This document shows, piece by piece, positions 61,686 through 64,000 of a DNA stretch of 64,000 bases. The stretch comes from Chlorokybus atmophyticus (taxonomy: Eukaryota; Plantae; Mesostigma and Chlorokybus algae). The stretch is taken from contig RHPI01001616.1 of assembly GCA_009103225.1 (NCBI GenBank), positions 250,640 through 314,639 of the forward strand, given 5' to 3'. Both the position numbers and the translations under genes were made by a program. The first letter of the stretch is position 1. Every line of letters begins with the position of its first letter. The notes under the pieces are model-generated. The model saw only the letters and a list, made by a program, of their open reading frames with translations, had not been told where the DNA came from and did not search any database.

Positions 61686-62268
61686 TGATATGTGTTGGTT
61701 TTGGTGTTGAGTGGGTGTGGGTGTGGATGTTGTGCTTAGGTTGTGCTTAGGTTGTGCCTAGCTTTGGTCCACTGAGTGTGTGCGAGTCGGAATGGATAGT
61801 ATTGTGTAGGGAGTTTCTTAGGGCTTGTTTGTACACAGACCGAGGAGATCAGAACTCGCTACGTATACAACTACGTGTGGGGTGACTCTCAAAGAGGGGG
61901 AGGATAGTTAGGGATGATGATGCAAGTTTTTGTGGCGTAGATGCTTGCTACGGTGATTCAATTTGATCGTCTTGTGTGCAACATTAAGCCAAACAAGCCG
62001 AAGCACAATTGCGTGACCACGCAATGTGTTACACCACAATAACTTTGCGATGCCCCCCCCCNNNNNNNNNNNNNNNNNNNNNNNNNNNNNNNNNNNNNNN
62101 NNNNNNNNNNNNNNNNNNNNNNNNNNNNNNNNNNNNNNNNNNNNNNNNNNNNNNNNNNNNNNNNNNNNNNNNNNNNNNNNNNNNNNNNNNNNNNNNNNNN
62201 NNNNNNNNNNNNNNNNNNNNNNNNNNNNNNNNNNNNNNNNNNNNNNNNNNNNNNNNNNNNNNNNNNNN

Positions 62269-62307
<39 letters not shown>

Positions 62308-64000
62308 GTGTGCTTGTGTGGCAGCATTGCACACACGCTACCATGGCAATTGTGTCAATGCACGCACGTGCACGCAAGCACCATGCCATTGAATTGTTGG
62401 GTATATGTGCACGCACGCACGCACGCACGCATGTACTCGCTCATTCATGCACTCGGGCGAGTGTGTATGTGAGGGCACACAAACAAAAAGTGTACATACA
62501 TGTGCGTGTATACATGCACATGCGTGTGTGCGCGCAAAACAAACACGCACACATGCATGTGCTGCACTTGTGTGTACCTGCTCGTGCGTGCGTGTGTGTG
62601 CTTGTGCATTCGCGCACGCACATGCACACACATGATTGTCATCACTCCACCCCTTAACCCCACCACTTGCTTCATAGTATCTTCCCCCACTTGAATGGCT
62701 GTTATGCACCACTCAGACAGTCACTGACTCATACATACATACAACCGCTCACTCTGTCCGCGTGCGTGTTTCTGTGCGTCCAATATGTGACAACGCGACT
62801 GTCTACGTGTGCATGCACGCGCATGCATGTACGCACAGACACGCGTCCGCACACGTATACGCGTGCGTGCGTTACAATCGTGTACACAACACAGGTAACA
62901 ATCGTCCGTGAGTTAAGCTGGCCAGGTCAGGAGAGTGCTCTCTTGCAACCCGTGCCGCGTGGTATGCACCGTATGCACTTCATCCACACCCGGTGTACCC
63001 ACGTCTCCTCTTTTCGCACAATACTCACACCGTCCGACGATGGGTAGTCAATGGAGGAGAGTCACCTGCACCGCGCGGGCTTCAACGGCTCGGCACTCCG
63101 CGATGATCGACATCTCTGGGACCACCTTACGGGTATACATTACCACCACCACCACTGCTCTGTTTGCGGGCGACAGTGCACGCGTGACAGCCAGGGTGCA
63201 AACGCTAATTGAGTGTGCAATCAGAGTTGAAGAAGAGGATATAAGGAGCAGGGGTCCCCCCTACCATCTTCCTCACATAGATGGGAGTGCAGGTAGGTGC
63301 AGCAACTTTATGTATGTTGTTATCAACATACTGAACACAATTGAGCTGATGTGTAAGGTGGACACCCGAGAACACCCTTTTGGAAGCCAGCGCTTTGCCG
63401 TGATGCGCTTTCAGCCACATGTGGTTTGCATGTTGGTTGTGTTGTGACTCTCAGTTCCACACTCATTTGGACGACTCATTGTTTTTCATACTGTACTGGT
63501 TGATTGTAAGGTTGGAAAAGGCGAGGTGATGCCACTTACCTGTGACACAGGGTGCATGTTGTTAATCATCGCTGCACACAACACGCCGTACGGTGTGTCA
63601 AGTTGTCAACTGCAGACGCGCCTTGTGTGCAACTGCGCAGCACGTCTCCTACTACCCGCTGTTTGTGTGTTTTCACATGCATAGTATATAGTGTGTGCCT
63701 GTGCCACCTGCCCACTGGTAGAGCCGTAGTGTGGGACAACGGACTCCGCCGTAACAAACTTGGCGAGTACGTGTGACATGTGTGCGCACCCCAAAGCACC
63801 AGCGTGGTGTACATACAACGGGACGCGCTCATACCCGTCACACGCTTCGACTATCCAACAGGTTGGTTATGCTGTCTCGTGGGGCAGCAGGTTAGAAAGC
63901 TGTGTGCACGAGACAACACACTGTATGCTGCCGCGACGCACCGAGATTATACGCACGGATGCATGCAGAGACACGAAACGCATACGGGTTGTGAACGTGT

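Noticed and set aside
62935-63447. 170-aa ORF near the window end
   Set aside because: No motif and alternative frames are equally plausible; a donor at ~63292 hints at an exon but the evidence is insufficient.

Overview
Eukaryotic, TE-dense window, most likely from a green or streptophyte alga (inferred from GT-AG introns and AP2, WOX-like, Agenet and PNGase A families). All family and domain calls come from motif reading by eye and were not database-searched. (1) An old inverted duplication (~1.75-6.45 kb vs ~7.4-19.4 kb) carries two decayed PNGase A-like genes; one is split by a full-length Ty3/gypsy chromovirus (10014-17435, 339-bp LTRs, TSD GTGGC). (2) An intact-looking 8-exon gene on the minus strand (27258-21562, ~1554 aa) encodes WOX-like homeodomain + zf-C3Hc3H + AP2/ERF + 2x Agenet; a decayed 3' paralog fragment lies at ~60.1-61.7 kb. 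(3) A nested TE cluster at 29-59.7 kb holds two decayed Ty3 elements with a C5 DNA-methyltransferase inside pol (one also has a PHD finger and split-direct-repeat-like ends), a near-intact second chromovirus, two solo LTRs of one family and a CACTA-like non-autonomous element. (4) A ~540-bp TRIM occurs twice, each time inside a larger LTR element, and forms a tRNA-like Pol III promoter across its LTR/PBS junction. Several N gaps and scaffolding artefacts limit interpretation. No rRNA, functional tRNA or CRISPR array was seen.
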